A stretch of DNA of 64,000 bases, taken from positions 62,001 through 126,000 of IMG/VR virus record IMGVR_UViG_3300032562_000003; one strand, 5' to 3'. Below the pieces are notes generated by a model. It was not told the DNA's origin. It saw only the letters and a list, made by a program, of their open reading frames with translations, and did no database searches. Position numbers and translations under genes: made by a program. Below are positions 8,240-17,886 of this stretch, one piece after another. The first letter of the stretch is position 1, and each line of letters starts with the position of its first letter.

Positions 8240-9790
8240 CTATTCTAAAACTTCTAACATAGCGTCATCGCTATCTTCAACAACTTCTTCGATTTCAGGA
8301 TCAGGTTCTTCTATAGTAAAACACTCCTCAAACTTTGAAAGAGCATTTGTAGCCCTTTTTCCGGAAAACCCTTGTCCGGCCTTCATCTGCTGCCAGAATA
8401 GATTATATTGATCAATCATTGCAAGGCTTTTCTCACGATCCTTTAGAGAAAAAATCTTATCAATAAGATCACCGAATGTGGTACCATCAAACTTGTCCAA
8501 AACCATTTTAGGATTAATACCCGAGTCTGATTTACGATTGGCTTCTTGTACCGCATAAATGTGCCGATATACGTTATGTGCTTGCATCAATGTATAACTA
8601 AGAGTGTCCCAGCTGGTCTTCGTTTCTTTGCCGTGTTGCCCCAGAAAGCCTGGTCCTCTGTAACAGAGATCCTTAACCATCATTATATCAGTTACAGGGC
8701 TATCACTAAACACTTTATGGATGCCGTCTTCCAAAACCGCATCTTTGAACTTGCGAGTATCAGTCGCATAATTTTTGTTTTCAGCAGTTTTTTCCATCGA
8801 ATACGTCCACTTCGTGTTATGTCTAAACGTATTGTTGTTATACGCAAGCCCCTTTGCGGCCGCGTAGAATGGAGACGCACAATCAAACGTGATTTGCAAA
8901 TTTGGATTGTGATACTTGCGTATTGCTCTTTGAATATCGGTGAACAAAATAGCGTATTCTAGAATAGAAGTACCCAAACAGTGAATAAGATCATGTTTGC
9001 CTGGCTCAAGCAGACCATCATGAATGATGTTAACCATACGCTTTAGCATCAGATGCACGTCGATCTTTGTTTGACCACCAAACGCCCATCCGTTGAAATG
9101 ATTGTCTGGGTAAATATTAGGATCGCAATACTTCTTCATTTCTTCATACCAATCATCAGACTGTTTATGATTACGTCCTTGTAGAACGTTTAGAAACTTA
9201 CAACGGCCATCACGATTAGCAATGAAATACTCATTGTTAATATGAGTAGCAGCAATAGCGTCCTCAATGGTTCGAATGCCGTGCACGGACTTACCCGTTT
9301 TGGGGTCTTTGATATGATATGTAGTAAGCGACTGTGAAGGAATGTCGAGACACATACCGTAGTCCATGTACTCGTCCATCCACTTCAAAACCTCAGTGCG
9401 TTTCTTCATGGCCTTCGGGCAGTTAGGATCTTTCCAGTCAGCGGGCCATTGACACTTTAGAATTTGGAATCCACCAGAATCACCTAACATGAATGTATTT
9501 TTACGATCACGCTTACGAATGATGCTCTCATTGTGATCATTCTTCGTAATGTCTAGATTAGCGTGACCAGCTGAATACAGGCCCCACTTGTAAGTGTACA
9601 GTCCTTCTTTTTCGTTCAGAAAATTTAGCTTTTCAACATTACCGTTTAATCCAACAGGTATTCTAGCCGAATCAAAATAGTTTTCACCCTCACGTTGTTT
9701 ACCTAAACCAGCAATAAAAAATGACGATACTGCCGGCAGGAACAAAGCCCAGTCTGACTGGTGTGCGTTTGATAAGTTAATTTGTTCCAA
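8240..9790 (-). CDS. dpdA: DNA-guanine transglycosylase, DpdA2-like (TGT family)
   Basis: TGT motifs MLGDSGGFQI, CLDIP, LNVLQG, WAFGG, HCLGTS and TFDCASP, next to folE/queD/queE. Confidence 0.88.
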   Translation of the reverse strand: MEQINLSNAHQSDWALFLPAVSSFFIAGLGKQREGENYFDSARIPVGLNGNVEKLNFLNEKEGLYTYKWGLYSAGHANLDITKNDHNESIIRKRDRKNTFMLGDSGGFQILKCQWPADWKDPNCPKAMKKRTEVLKWMDEYMDYGMCLDIPSQSLTTYHIKDPKTGKSVHGIRTIEDAIAATHINNEYFIANRDGRCKFLNVLQGRNHKQSDDWYEEMKKYCDPNIYPDNHFNGWAFGGQTKIDVHLMLKRMVNIIHDGLLEPGKHDLIHCLGTSILEYAILFTDIQRAIRKYHNPNLQITFDCASPFYAAAKGLAYNNNTFRHNTKWTYSMEKTAENKNYATDTRKFKDAVLEDGIHKVFSDSPVTDIMMVKDLCYRGPGFLGQHGKETKTSWDTLSYTLMQAHNVYRHIYAVQEANRKSDSGINPKMVLDKFDGTTFGDLIDKIFSLKDREKSLAMIDQYNLFWQQMKAGQGFSGKRATNALSKFEECFTIEEPDPEIEEVVEDSDDAMLEVLE

Positions 9791-10145
9791 GTTTAGCTTC
9801 TTCTTTAATCAATATCTTAACGACTTCAATTTGTTTTTGTTTTTCTTTAATTTGATCAACCAGATCACGGATAGTAGCATTCGTTTCAGAAAGATTAAGC
9901 AGGTCTTTTTCTTCCTGCTGTTTATTTCTTGCCCAAGCTAAGATCGATACAACTTCCGGAGAAAGTTCCATGCTCGCAGTATTATTAATACCATACCAAG
10001 TAGAACCGTCATCTACTTCCAATGATTGGATGGTGCCGTTAAATCTTACCATGCCAGCACTCTGGTTGCTCATGTTGATGTAGGGTACCGAAGGCATCCC
10101 TCCATTAACAATAATTCCCTGTCCTCCGTAGATGCTCTTAATCAT
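9777..10145 (-). CDS. Hypothetical phage protein
   Basis: 122-aa ORF coupled to its neighbours, with a C-terminal coiled coil. Confidence 0.7.
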   Translation of the reverse strand: MIKSIYGGQGIIVNGGMPSVPYINMSNQSAGMVRFNGTIQSLEVDDGSTWYGINNTASMELSPEVVSILAWARNKQQEEKDLLNLSETNATIRDLVDQIKEKQKQIEVVKILIKEEAKLGTN

Positions 10146-10877
10146 TTACTTTCCCTGACAAGGAATCATATAGCGATATACTGCCAGACCACTATCAACG
10201 ACAATCTCTGCAACGCCCTGATCAGACATTCTGATGGTCTTGTCACCGTCTAAGTCTAATACGGACAAGAACACCTTTACCGGCAAATTCCAAACTTTTG
10301 TTAGCTTTCCGGTAATGTTAGTTTGGAACACAAAGTTACCAGAGTGAGACGACTTGTCACCAAAGAAAAACTTGAGTTCGTTGTTTTCGACCTTCGTTGA
10401 GAAGTTTACTTCTTCACTGTTAGCCTGTGCTTGCTTCTTAAGACGTTGAATGCCGGCGTTTGTAGGCTCAAACGTGATATCCCAAGTTGCTCCGTTGAAC
10501 TTAACTGGAGCAACAGTAGCTTCTATGACAGACTTAGCCATCAGTCGGTAGTCATTAACAAAGTCACCATTACTAGTTTCAAAGTGAATTGATGCAGGAT
10601 GATCTTGTCCATCGTATGTTTCGCGTACAAGGTTTATAGTTGAAGTGTCATCATAATCCTCGAATCCTAAAATAGTCTTTAGCTTAGACAAGTTAGGCAT
10701 ACCAAACGTGCCTTTGAATTCTGGGATCGGATTCTTGAAATCACCAAACAGAATAAGCGATCTGTCAGTCGCCAATCCTGCAATTTTTGTTTCTGTGTCT
10801 GTACCCACAACCTTTATAAGCTCGACTACACCGAGTCCTTGCGTGTGTTGGATCAGATCAACTAAGTAATCTTTCAT
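10146..10877 (-). CDS. Probable sliding clamp (gp45-like)
   Basis: 243 aa, directly downstream of polB, with a clamp loader elsewhere in the window. Assigned from size, context and family recall. Confidence 0.55.
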   Translation of the reverse strand: MKDYLVDLIQHTQGLGVVELIKVVGTDTETKIAGLATDRSLILFGDFKNPIPEFKGTFGMPNLSKLKTILGFEDYDDTSTINLVRETYDGQDHPASIHFETSNGDFVNDYRLMAKSVIEATVAPVKFNGATWDITFEPTNAGIQRLKKQAQANSEEVNFSTKVENNELKFFFGDKSSHSGNFVFQTNITGKLTKVWNLPVKVFLSVLDLDGDKTIRMSDQGVAEIVVDSGLAVYRYMIPCQGK

Positions 10878-10915
10878 GTGTTTTCCTTTAATGTATTTAG
10901 GTCTTTATTTTGTTT

Positions 10916-10944
10916 ATAATAGTGGAATTCTTTACGAAAGTCAA
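10916..10944 (-). promoter_or_regulatory. Sigma70-type promoter
   Basis: TTGACT-N17-TATTAT; a TAAATA follows at 10894-10899. Confidence 0.7.
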
Positions 10945-10952
10945 CTATACTG

Positions 10953-12197
10953 TTAGCCGAAAGTAAACAACGAACTAAATGTACTATTAGTATTGGTGTC
11001 ATATCTGATTTTCCAATCTAACACACCTAACAGGTTGTCTATCTTTTCATCCACTAGTTTACGTTCCATATCAAGATCATCGAATGGTAGTTCTAGGAAC
11101 CATTTTGGAAGTCGTAATTCATCGGTGGGATATGCGATTGAAGTAATACCTAAGGGATTTGATTTTAGTGTACACACCACAACCTTCATGCCGTCGACAA
11201 TTTTTTGGCTGTACTGGTCGCTATTCATCTTACGCAGTTGATTGTAGTGAATGGCGGCCTTAGCATGACCAACACTGCACTTACCGGTTCTCTCATACTT
11301 AATGGTATGATTTGTCAAATTATTAACTGATTTAGGTGAACCCTTAGTCCAACTGTCTTGTTCTGAAAGCTTTCTTTTAAACTCTTTGATCTTTTCGATC
11401 ACTTCGTCTCGGCCCTTACCCTCTTGAATTACCATACAAAGAATTTCCATAAGAAATTCCTGAACGTACTTAGGTGTATCTGCACGCTTTAGGTCTAGAC
11501 CCATAGCTTTGATTTCACCTAATTTACCTTCCTTATCCTTGCGTTTACCTTCTTTGTCGAAGATGTTGATTGCGTAACGCTTCTTTGTAATAAAGATAGA
11601 ACGATCACCGATCAATTCTCTACCAGCTTTGATGACCTCACCGTTCTTGCGGGGACAATGGAACGCTTTCTCCATGAAAGCAGGAAAGCTAGCGTTAGTT
11701 TGCTCTGCGATGTTGTCGTACAGTTCGATGCAAACTTCCTTGTTCCATTCTATTTCACCTTGTTCGATTCTATCTTTTAATATAGAATATGCAGTGAAGT
11801 AGCAGGAGTCAGTATCACCGTAGATGATCGCCTCACCTTCGTGAGTGTATTCACCTGCAATGATTTCATTGATCTGGCTCATCATGTGCCTAACAATTTG
11901 ACGACCAGACAAAGTAACTGACTGTCCGATCCGCTTATCATAAAACCTGCAATATTCGTTCAAAATGGATCCATATGTAGAGTTCAAGAGAATTTTTTTT
12001 ACTAACTGTCGTTTGTCCCAATACTCCATTGCTAACCCCCAAACTGATTTATATGCTTCCATTGGATGAATGGAGCGGTCTCGTATTTCTAATCCGAAAC
12101 CAGTTATGTATTCAACAAGACCAATTTTGTCTTTGTTTTGAATAAAATCATTCACTTTATTAGTATCGTATTCCAATATAATTTTCGTTAGATTCAT
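10953..12197 (-). CDS. polB: DNA polymerase B, C-terminal subunit (motifs B and C)
   Basis: EYWDKRQLVKKILLNSTYGS, IIYGDTDSCY, KKRYA and KAMGLDLKRADTP. Confidence 0.93.
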   Translation of the reverse strand: MNLTKIILEYDTNKVNDFIQNKDKIGLVEYITGFGLEIRDRSIHPMEAYKSVWGLAMEYWDKRQLVKKILLNSTYGSILNEYCRFYDKRIGQSVTLSGRQIVRHMMSQINEIIAGEYTHEGEAIIYGDTDSCYFTAYSILKDRIEQGEIEWNKEVCIELYDNIAEQTNASFPAFMEKAFHCPRKNGEVIKAGRELIGDRSIFITKKRYAINIFDKEGKRKDKEGKLGEIKAMGLDLKRADTPKYVQEFLMEILCMVIQEGKGRDEVIEKIKEFKRKLSEQDSWTKGSPKSVNNLTNHTIKYERTGKCSVGHAKAAIHYNQLRKMNSDQYSQKIVDGMKVVVCTLKSNPLGITSIAYPTDELRLPKWFLELPFDDLDMERKLVDEKIDNLLGVLDWKIRYDTNTNSTFSSLFTFG

Positions 12198-12251
12198 ATT
12201 TTTGCTCTATAAGATAAATACATATGGTGCTTTTTTAAAGGAGAGTCGTAT

Positions 12252-13151
12252 ATGGTGGATTGTGCTATTTGTAACAAAGAAATGAAACGAGTGACTAGTA
12301 GTCATTTAAAAACTCACAATATAACTACGGCTGAATACTTAGCGCAATTTCCAGGATCTGTTTTATTTTCTGATGAGCTAAGGCATGCATACGGAAAACA
12401 CGCGAGAGATAACAACCCAATGCATGATCCAGTTAGTGTAGAAAAAGTAAGAAACGCATTAACTGGTAAACGAAAAACAGAGGAACATAAACAAAAATTA
12501 TCAACCGCACGAACCGGAGTATCTTGGGGAACCCACACACCTGAACATAAAGAATACATGAAGGTTGTCAGCAAGATTAATATGGAAGAGAGAATAGCCA
12601 ATGGATGGAAACAGAAACCGTGGACTGCGGAGAGAAGAGCCAAACAGTCTACTAAAATGATAGGAAATACCATTGGGTTAGGCGGCTCCGGAAATAAGGG
12701 TAAAAAGCTTGATCTATCAGATAACCAACGACGCAATAGGAGTAAAAAACGAGTAGAATTCATGTCTAAGAACGATACTCCTAAAAAACATACTTCTATT
12801 GAATTGTCGTTTATTGAATTTTGCAAGAATAATGATATATTGTACATTCATCAGCATCCTATACATACTGAAAAGGGTAGTTGGTTATTTGATTTCTTAT
12901 TACCAAATCTAAATTTACTAGTAGAAGTTGATGGTGAATATTGGCACACATCTAAAAGACAAATAAATCGAGATTTAATAAAAAATAACGTGGCATTGGC
13001 AAGCGGACATACAATATTGCGCTTATCAGACACTAACCTTGATTTCTCCTTTATCTTCGGCAGCAAGGATGCAATCATTTCGCATACTAATGGCATAATG
13101 GAAAGTAGGATTCAATCGGTAAAAAAATCATCAGGTAAAGATTTACCATAG
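12252..13151 (+). mobile_element. Antisense homing-type endonuclease (Vsr/DUF559-like PD-(D/E)XK, with zinc finger and NUMOD3-like repeats)
   Basis: CAIC...HLKTH, FDFLLPNLNLLVEVDGEYWH and RDLIKN. SD AAGGAG and TAAATA (12215-12220) lie upstream. Confidence 0.85.
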
Positions 13152-14791
13152 AGTATTTCTCTAACTGCGTATTGTTTTTTCTGAAGTTTTTTACGTTCAG
13201 TATACCACCGAGAAAGTAGTCCTGGAATCACTCCTTCTTTTTCGTAAGTAAAGATGGTACCATTTGCTGAAAGGATCCATGGTCTGTTACTGTCGAAGAT
13301 CATCTTCCAAATTTCAGCAGCAGACATTTGTACACTTCTACCATCTTCATAGTCTATCCAAAGGGTAGTTCCGCGTTCTTGATTCATGATTGCTGTATAC
13401 TCAATTGAGCCAAACAATCCTTCCCACAGAATTGCACCAATGACGCCTTCTTCCTCGCTGTCATCTCCGAACTTTTTCTTCTTCTTGTTCTTCTTTTCAG
13501 AAGCCAATCTCATGCTCTTTTCGTGCATGTATTGGTCAGTCAGTGTTTGACGAACTTGACCTATGATGGTTTCCGGAGACATGTTCAGCGCTCGAATGTC
13601 AGACGGATACAGAGAGTTGATGTCAACTGCACCAGGATATTCGTGCATTCCTTGTTTAGGAATAGCAACAAACGCACCAGCTGCCGGAAACCCAGTATCT
13701 TCTTTGGGCTTCTTGTTAGGTACGATCATTCCACGTGCGTGAGCTTCATTGAAGATAGCCATTTCGATCATCTGCACCGAACCCATAACTGTCGGAAGAA
13801 GTACGCTATTCTCGTGTGCTAGTGCGTTAGCAAGATCAAGGAACTTTAGCTTATTGTGAATTTTAACCATAAGCATCGTGTCTTGTCTGTTATACTCCAC
13901 GAACGTTTTAAAGTCCTGATTGTATAACTGATCCAAACTGCCTTCGTACTGAGTTTTACGTTCACCTACTTCCATCTCACCGATAGCATCAAGAGAATAA
14001 CTATGACGAGACTCGTAGTTGTACTTCTTATACAGTTGAAGGTAGTCCATATGAATTCTACCAACTAGATCGTATGTTTCTTCTTCCTTGCCGAAACGTT
14101 CATAGGTACGAGTCTTAGGGAGTTTCCCCAGCAGACAAAACTTACGAGTATCGTTTTTAGACATGATTCTAGTAACGCGATTAACCGTATACGGAATGTC
14201 GTATCCCTCTGAGTTCCAGCCAGTTAGAATGTCAGCATCTTCGATCAACTCAAAGAAGGTTTCAAACATCTCTATTTCAGAACGAAACAGAAAGCAGTTT
14301 GGAAAATCTTTAGTTAACTCTTGCGCAGTTTCATCTGTCATGTGCTTAGGTGGCATGACCAACGTAATCAGTTGATCAAGCCAATCTAGATACATTGAGA
14401 TTGCAGTTACTGGATTGAACGGATCACTAGTAGGACTAAATCCTCGCTCAGGATCAAAGTCCACTTCAATGTCGAAAAAGCAAGTATGAAGCTTTGGTGG
14501 TTCAGCATTAAGGTAGTTATCAGCCAAACACCTAAATACTACGTTAACGTCGCTCTCAAATAGTTTTTTGTTACTATGTATTCTGCGTTCCTTCTCGAAT
14601 TCGCTACGTTTACGAGTAGAGAACCGAGACAGCGGATCACCGTAAATAGAACGATACTTTCCTTTAGGATCAGCATAGTACATTACGTAGTTCGTAGGGA
14701 ACTCTTTGTATGCACGTTTACCTTCAGGAGTACGTTCTACAACGTGGATTCGATCTGCGTTGGAATCTAATACTGCATCGACATATGCCAT
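13112..14791 (-). CDS. polB: DNA polymerase B, N-terminal subunit (3'-5' exonuclease and motif A)
   Basis: FFDIEVD, TGWNSEGYDIPY, YNRQDT, AVDINSLYPS and GLLSRWYTERKK. Confidence 0.95.
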   Translation of the reverse strand: MAYVDAVLDSNADRIHVVERTPEGKRAYKEFPTNYVMYYADPKGKYRSIYGDPLSRFSTRKRSEFEKERRIHSNKKLFESDVNVVFRCLADNYLNAEPPKLHTCFFDIEVDFDPERGFSPTSDPFNPVTAISMYLDWLDQLITLVMPPKHMTDETAQELTKDFPNCFLFRSEIEMFETFFELIEDADILTGWNSEGYDIPYTVNRVTRIMSKNDTRKFCLLGKLPKTRTYERFGKEEETYDLVGRIHMDYLQLYKKYNYESRHSYSLDAIGEMEVGERKTQYEGSLDQLYNQDFKTFVEYNRQDTMLMVKIHNKLKFLDLANALAHENSVLLPTVMGSVQMIEMAIFNEAHARGMIVPNKKPKEDTGFPAAGAFVAIPKQGMHEYPGAVDINSLYPSDIRALNMSPETIIGQVRQTLTDQYMHEKSMRLASEKKNKKKKKFGDDSEEEGVIGAILWEGLFGSIEYTAIMNQERGTTLWIDYEDGRSVQMSAAEIWKMIFDSNRPWILSANGTIFTYEKEGVIPGLLSRWYTERKKLQKKQYAVREILYGKSLPDDFFTD

Positions 14792-15048
14792 TAATTAGCT
14801 CGACCAACAGTCTCCAAAATGGTATTGAGTTCCTCATTTTCCTCGTTAGTTTGTGCGAGGCGCTGCTTCTGTGCAACCTTGATAGCCTTCTTAAGAATGG
14901 CTGGCTTTATTTCTAGTTCTTCTGCGATTGCCTTAATGGTGTCGTTTAGACCTTCATTAAGAGTTTCAATTTCTTGTAGGACACCTAAGCCCTCGTTAAC
15001 CAGTTGGGTCAACTTAATCTTTGCGTCAGTGTTGAATACTCTAGACAT
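14791..15048 (-). CDS. T4 DsbA-like small dsDNA-binding protein
   Basis: EIETLNEGLNDTIKAIAEELEIKPAILKKAIK pattern, upstream of polB. Confidence 0.6.
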   Translation of the reverse strand: MSRVFNTDAKIKLTQLVNEGLGVLQEIETLNEGLNDTIKAIAEELEIKPAILKKAIKVAQKQRLAQTNEENEELNTILETVGRAN

Positions 15049-15072
15049 GTATACTCCTTCTATGTCTTGTGA

Positions 15073-15101
15073 AGTATATAGTACTTACAAGTATAGTTCA
15101 A
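15073..15101 (-). promoter_or_regulatory. Sigma70-type promoter
   Basis: TTGAAC-N17-TATACT, followed by SD GAAGGAG and the ATG at 15048. Confidence 0.7.
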
Positions 15102-15126
15102 TTGTTTTGGGAGGATGTACTGTATA

Positions 15127-15504
15127 TTACTTTGCTTTTAGTTTAGCAACCAAAGCTTTAACTTTGTCTGTTGGGTTTTTTATAAGGTCAAATGCACGCA
15201 TGTCTCTTCGAACAGCAGCCAATTGTACTTTTTCGGTGGGGTTTTTTATATTCTGAATATGGTACGTTTCAGAGTTAATAATTTGTGCTTGTTCGGTTGG
15301 GTTTTGTATAAATCGTATTGCGGACGCCGCATCAGTTACCGCCGCAAGTTGTATTTGGGCTGAAGGATTTGTGATATCCCTTATAAGGAATCCATTTTTA
15401 GAAACTGTTTCAAATTGTACTTTTTCGGTAGGATTTTTTATATATATAAATGCACGTATGTCTCTTCGGACCGCAGCCAGTTGAACCTCTTCTGGTGGAT
15501 TATC
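15127..15504 (-). pseudogene. Frameshifted continuation of the KNP-x4-QLAAV repeats of the upstream ORF
   Basis: The alternate frame reads DNPPEEVQLAAVRRDIRAFIYIKNPTEKVQ...KLKAK* and has no start of its own at the junction. Confidence 0.8.
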
Positions 15505-16513
15505 TATATATGTAGCGTTTCATAGACATCGGATTAGTTTTAACCGCGGCCATCATAACCGCATTACTTGGATTTTTTATATAACGAATAAGGTATCCAT
15601 CAGACTCAACTGCAACTAGTTGCATTTGTTCAGTTGGGTTTTCTATGTATTGAATTATCTCAGGATCGGATGTTATTGCTGCTAATTTAACTGCATTACT
15701 TGGATTTTTTATATATTCTAGAGCTAGCAATGCCGAATCCGTAACTGCTGCTATTTTTTGTTTCTCAGTTGGGTTTTTTATGTATTTTAACATCTCAGCT
15801 GGACGATTGATAAACGCATCATTCCATATCTTTTTAGAAAAATAATGCGAGACTGATCTTACTTGTTCTATACCGAGTTCATTATCAGCCTCATCCATAA
15901 ACTGGGCAGTTTCAAAATGAAACTGCCACTTGTTCGGAAATTTCTTGAATAGAATTATATATATCTTGCCTTTTGTATTATAATGATTGAAATAATTTTC
16001 ACCCTTTGTGGCTGCTGTACACCACCGCGTGCCTCTACCATAATAACATGCTGCTGCCTCATCTTCTGGTATGATTATTCTTACATTATCATCTTCAAAA
16101 TAAAGAGTAGATTTTCCTTTGTTGACCTCCTTCGGATCAGTATTCAATTGTGAATACTTTGACATCATGGTATCTTCAAATTCTTTATATGTTTTAAATT
16201 TGTTGATGTCAGCGTCTTCTGGTTGAATTTGTCTTCTCTTCTTGCCTATATTATATGAACTTAAAACATCCATTCTGTTTAGGTCTTCGAACGGTACTCC
16301 GCCTTTGGCATACATACGAGCCAACCACTGAGTATATTCTTTATTTGGAGTTGGATCCTTAGTCTCTATCTTTTCTAAAATATCAGATGGTGTTATTCCG
16401 GACCTATAGGTCCTATAGGTGTTATCTTCGTACGCAACATGAATGAGCTTATCACCCAAAGTAGCGGCGGTCTTTGTTCTGTCATATTCAATAAGAAATT
16501 CATTTGCTCGCAT
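15500..16513 (-). CDS. PcfJ-like domain protein with DUF4116-like helical repeats
   Basis: DPTPNKEYTQWL, AACYYGRGTRWCTAA and repeated IKNPxxxxxxAAV. Leader MRANEFLIE. Confidence 0.7.
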   Translation of the reverse strand: MRANEFLIEYDRTKTAATLGDKLIHVAYEDNTYRTYRSGITPSDILEKIETKDPTPNKEYTQWLARMYAKGGVPFEDLNRMDVLSSYNIGKKRRQIQPEDADINKFKTYKEFEDTMMSKYSQLNTDPKEVNKGKSTLYFEDDNVRIIIPEDEAAACYYGRGTRWCTAATKGENYFNHYNTKGKIYIILFKKFPNKWQFHFETAQFMDEADNELGIEQVRSVSHYFSKKIWNDAFINRPAEMLKYIKNPTEKQKIAAVTDSALLALEYIKNPSNAVKLAAITSDPEIIQYIENPTEQMQLVAVESDGYLIRYIKNPSNAVMMAAVKTNPMSMKRYIYR

Positions 16514-16524
16514 GTATACACCAA

Positions 16525-17100
16525 TTATTGGAATATATAATGATGACGTTCACCATAAATTTTAATGTATTTGCCAGCTAAGAGGTCGGCCATCGCTTCG
16601 ATTGGGCTACCAGGATAGCTGTCACCAGGCTTAATCATACCTAGTTCACTTTGACGACAGTGTACGATTTCATGGAATACCGTTCTAAGAATATCTACTA
16701 GGTTTCTGTTCTTAGCATAAACCCAGATCGTGGGATCACCTTCAGTGTGCCTGCCAGTATGATGATTATGCTGAGCTTCTTCGGTGTCGTAGCTGAGGTC
16801 TACTTTAATGGGATTCTTTAGATGAACTCTACGTGAAGCCCATTCTGCAAACTTTTGTACTTCTTCGGGAATATTTAATTCTTCATCGGTTTCATCTAAC
16901 TTATTTTTGATCCAACTGTCAGGTGTAGAGCTATATCGCTTCACAAAAAGGTCGTGCAGGGCCTTACCAGTAATGTGATGCTTAGCAGCAATCTTTCGCA
17001 TTAGTTGGTCAATAGTGTTATAGTCGTGCTTTTCTAAAGATGGTAGCTTTTTGGCTAACTCACTAGCAGCAGACTCTAGAATGATTTCATTTCCGATCAT
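16525..17100 (-). CDS. Zincin-like metallopeptidase domain protein
   Basis: RTVFHEIVH (HExxH) with a downstream E in GSPIEAMAD. Confidence 0.7.
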   Translation of the reverse strand: MIGNEIILESAASELAKKLPSLEKHDYNTIDQLMRKIAAKHHITGKALHDLFVKRYSSTPDSWIKNKLDETDEELNIPEEVQKFAEWASRRVHLKNPIKVDLSYDTEEAQHNHHTGRHTEGDPTIWVYAKNRNLVDILRTVFHEIVHCRQSELGMIKPGDSYPGSPIEAMADLLAGKYIKIYGERHHYIFQ

Positions 17101-17124
17101 GAATATATTTATCTTACATATGAA

Positions 17125-17152
17125 TAACGGCGGAGATTGCTCCCCGCCGTTA
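17125..17152 (-). terminator. GC-rich hairpin after the OMP gene, probable terminator
   Basis: taacggcgg...ccgccgtta inverted repeat. Confidence 0.6.
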
Positions 17153-17173
17153 CTTTAATCAGTTCAAGTTTTA

Positions 17174-17734
17174 TTAAAAGTTGCGAGTATAGTTAACACC
17201 CAAGATGTCAGAGGTGACACTATTGCTACGAGTGCGATAGTAATTTACACCTACAATATTATCTTCGGTGATAGCAAAAGCGACACCGCCGTTAAGACGA
17301 TCTTCTGTAAAGGTAGGAGTGTTAGGTCCTTGACGATGACGATAACCAACGTTTACTGATACCGGGCCGTATACTTCATGCGAAACAGAAGCACCGTATC
17401 CCCAGAAGTTAAAGTCCTTATTAGTGTTCAGTGAACGGCCATACTCACCATAAGCAGCAGGAGTAAATCCTGCAACTGTGGGAAGTGCAGGGCCGCCTTG
17501 CAGCACGATCTTGCTGTTTAGAGTACCGTTATGATACGGTTGAGACCCGGTGAACTCGGCGCCGACATTAGCAATATTGGCAACAGTTTCACTATAGGTT
17601 AGACGATATTCAGTTGAGTTTGCTATCTTAGCAGGTTGCGGATCAATAGTACGAACTTCACCGGTGATAGATTCAGCAAGAGCCGGAGTAGCAACAGCCG
17701 CCGCAAGTGCTGCGATCAAGAATAACTTATTCAT
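17174..17734 (-). CDS. Outer-membrane beta-barrel protein
   Basis: Signal peptide ending ALA, alternating beta-strand pattern, and C-terminal VNYTRNF (BAM-type terminal Phe). Confidence 0.75.
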   Translation of the reverse strand: MNKLFLIAALAAAVATPALAESITGEVRTIDPQPAKIANSTEYRLTYSETVANIANVGAEFTGSQPYHNGTLNSKIVLQGGPALPTVAGFTPAAYGEYGRSLNTNKDFNFWGYGASVSHEVYGPVSVNVGYRHRQGPNTPTFTEDRLNGGVAFAITEDNIVGVNYYRTRSNSVTSDILGVNYTRNF

Positions 17735-17886
17735 AGATTGTATTTCCTTTTGTTAATCTGGCTTTTAAGGCCAGTGTATTGGTACCTGTGTAAGTCTTAT
17801 ATTGGTACCCACAAGAACCTATTAAGGAGCTTGAGATATATATTTAGTATGTATAACACTACTATAAACATATAACATATTGTAAG

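Noticed and set aside
12198-13151. Group I intron or intein in polB
   Set aside because: The nuclease is antisense, there are no intein terminal residues, no intron core was recognised, and both polB halves have their own stop or start. RT-PCR would be needed to exclude splicing fully.
14819-15256. 145-aa plus-strand ORF and similar antisense ORFs across the window
   Set aside because: They overlap well-supported minus-strand genes and have no recognisable domains.
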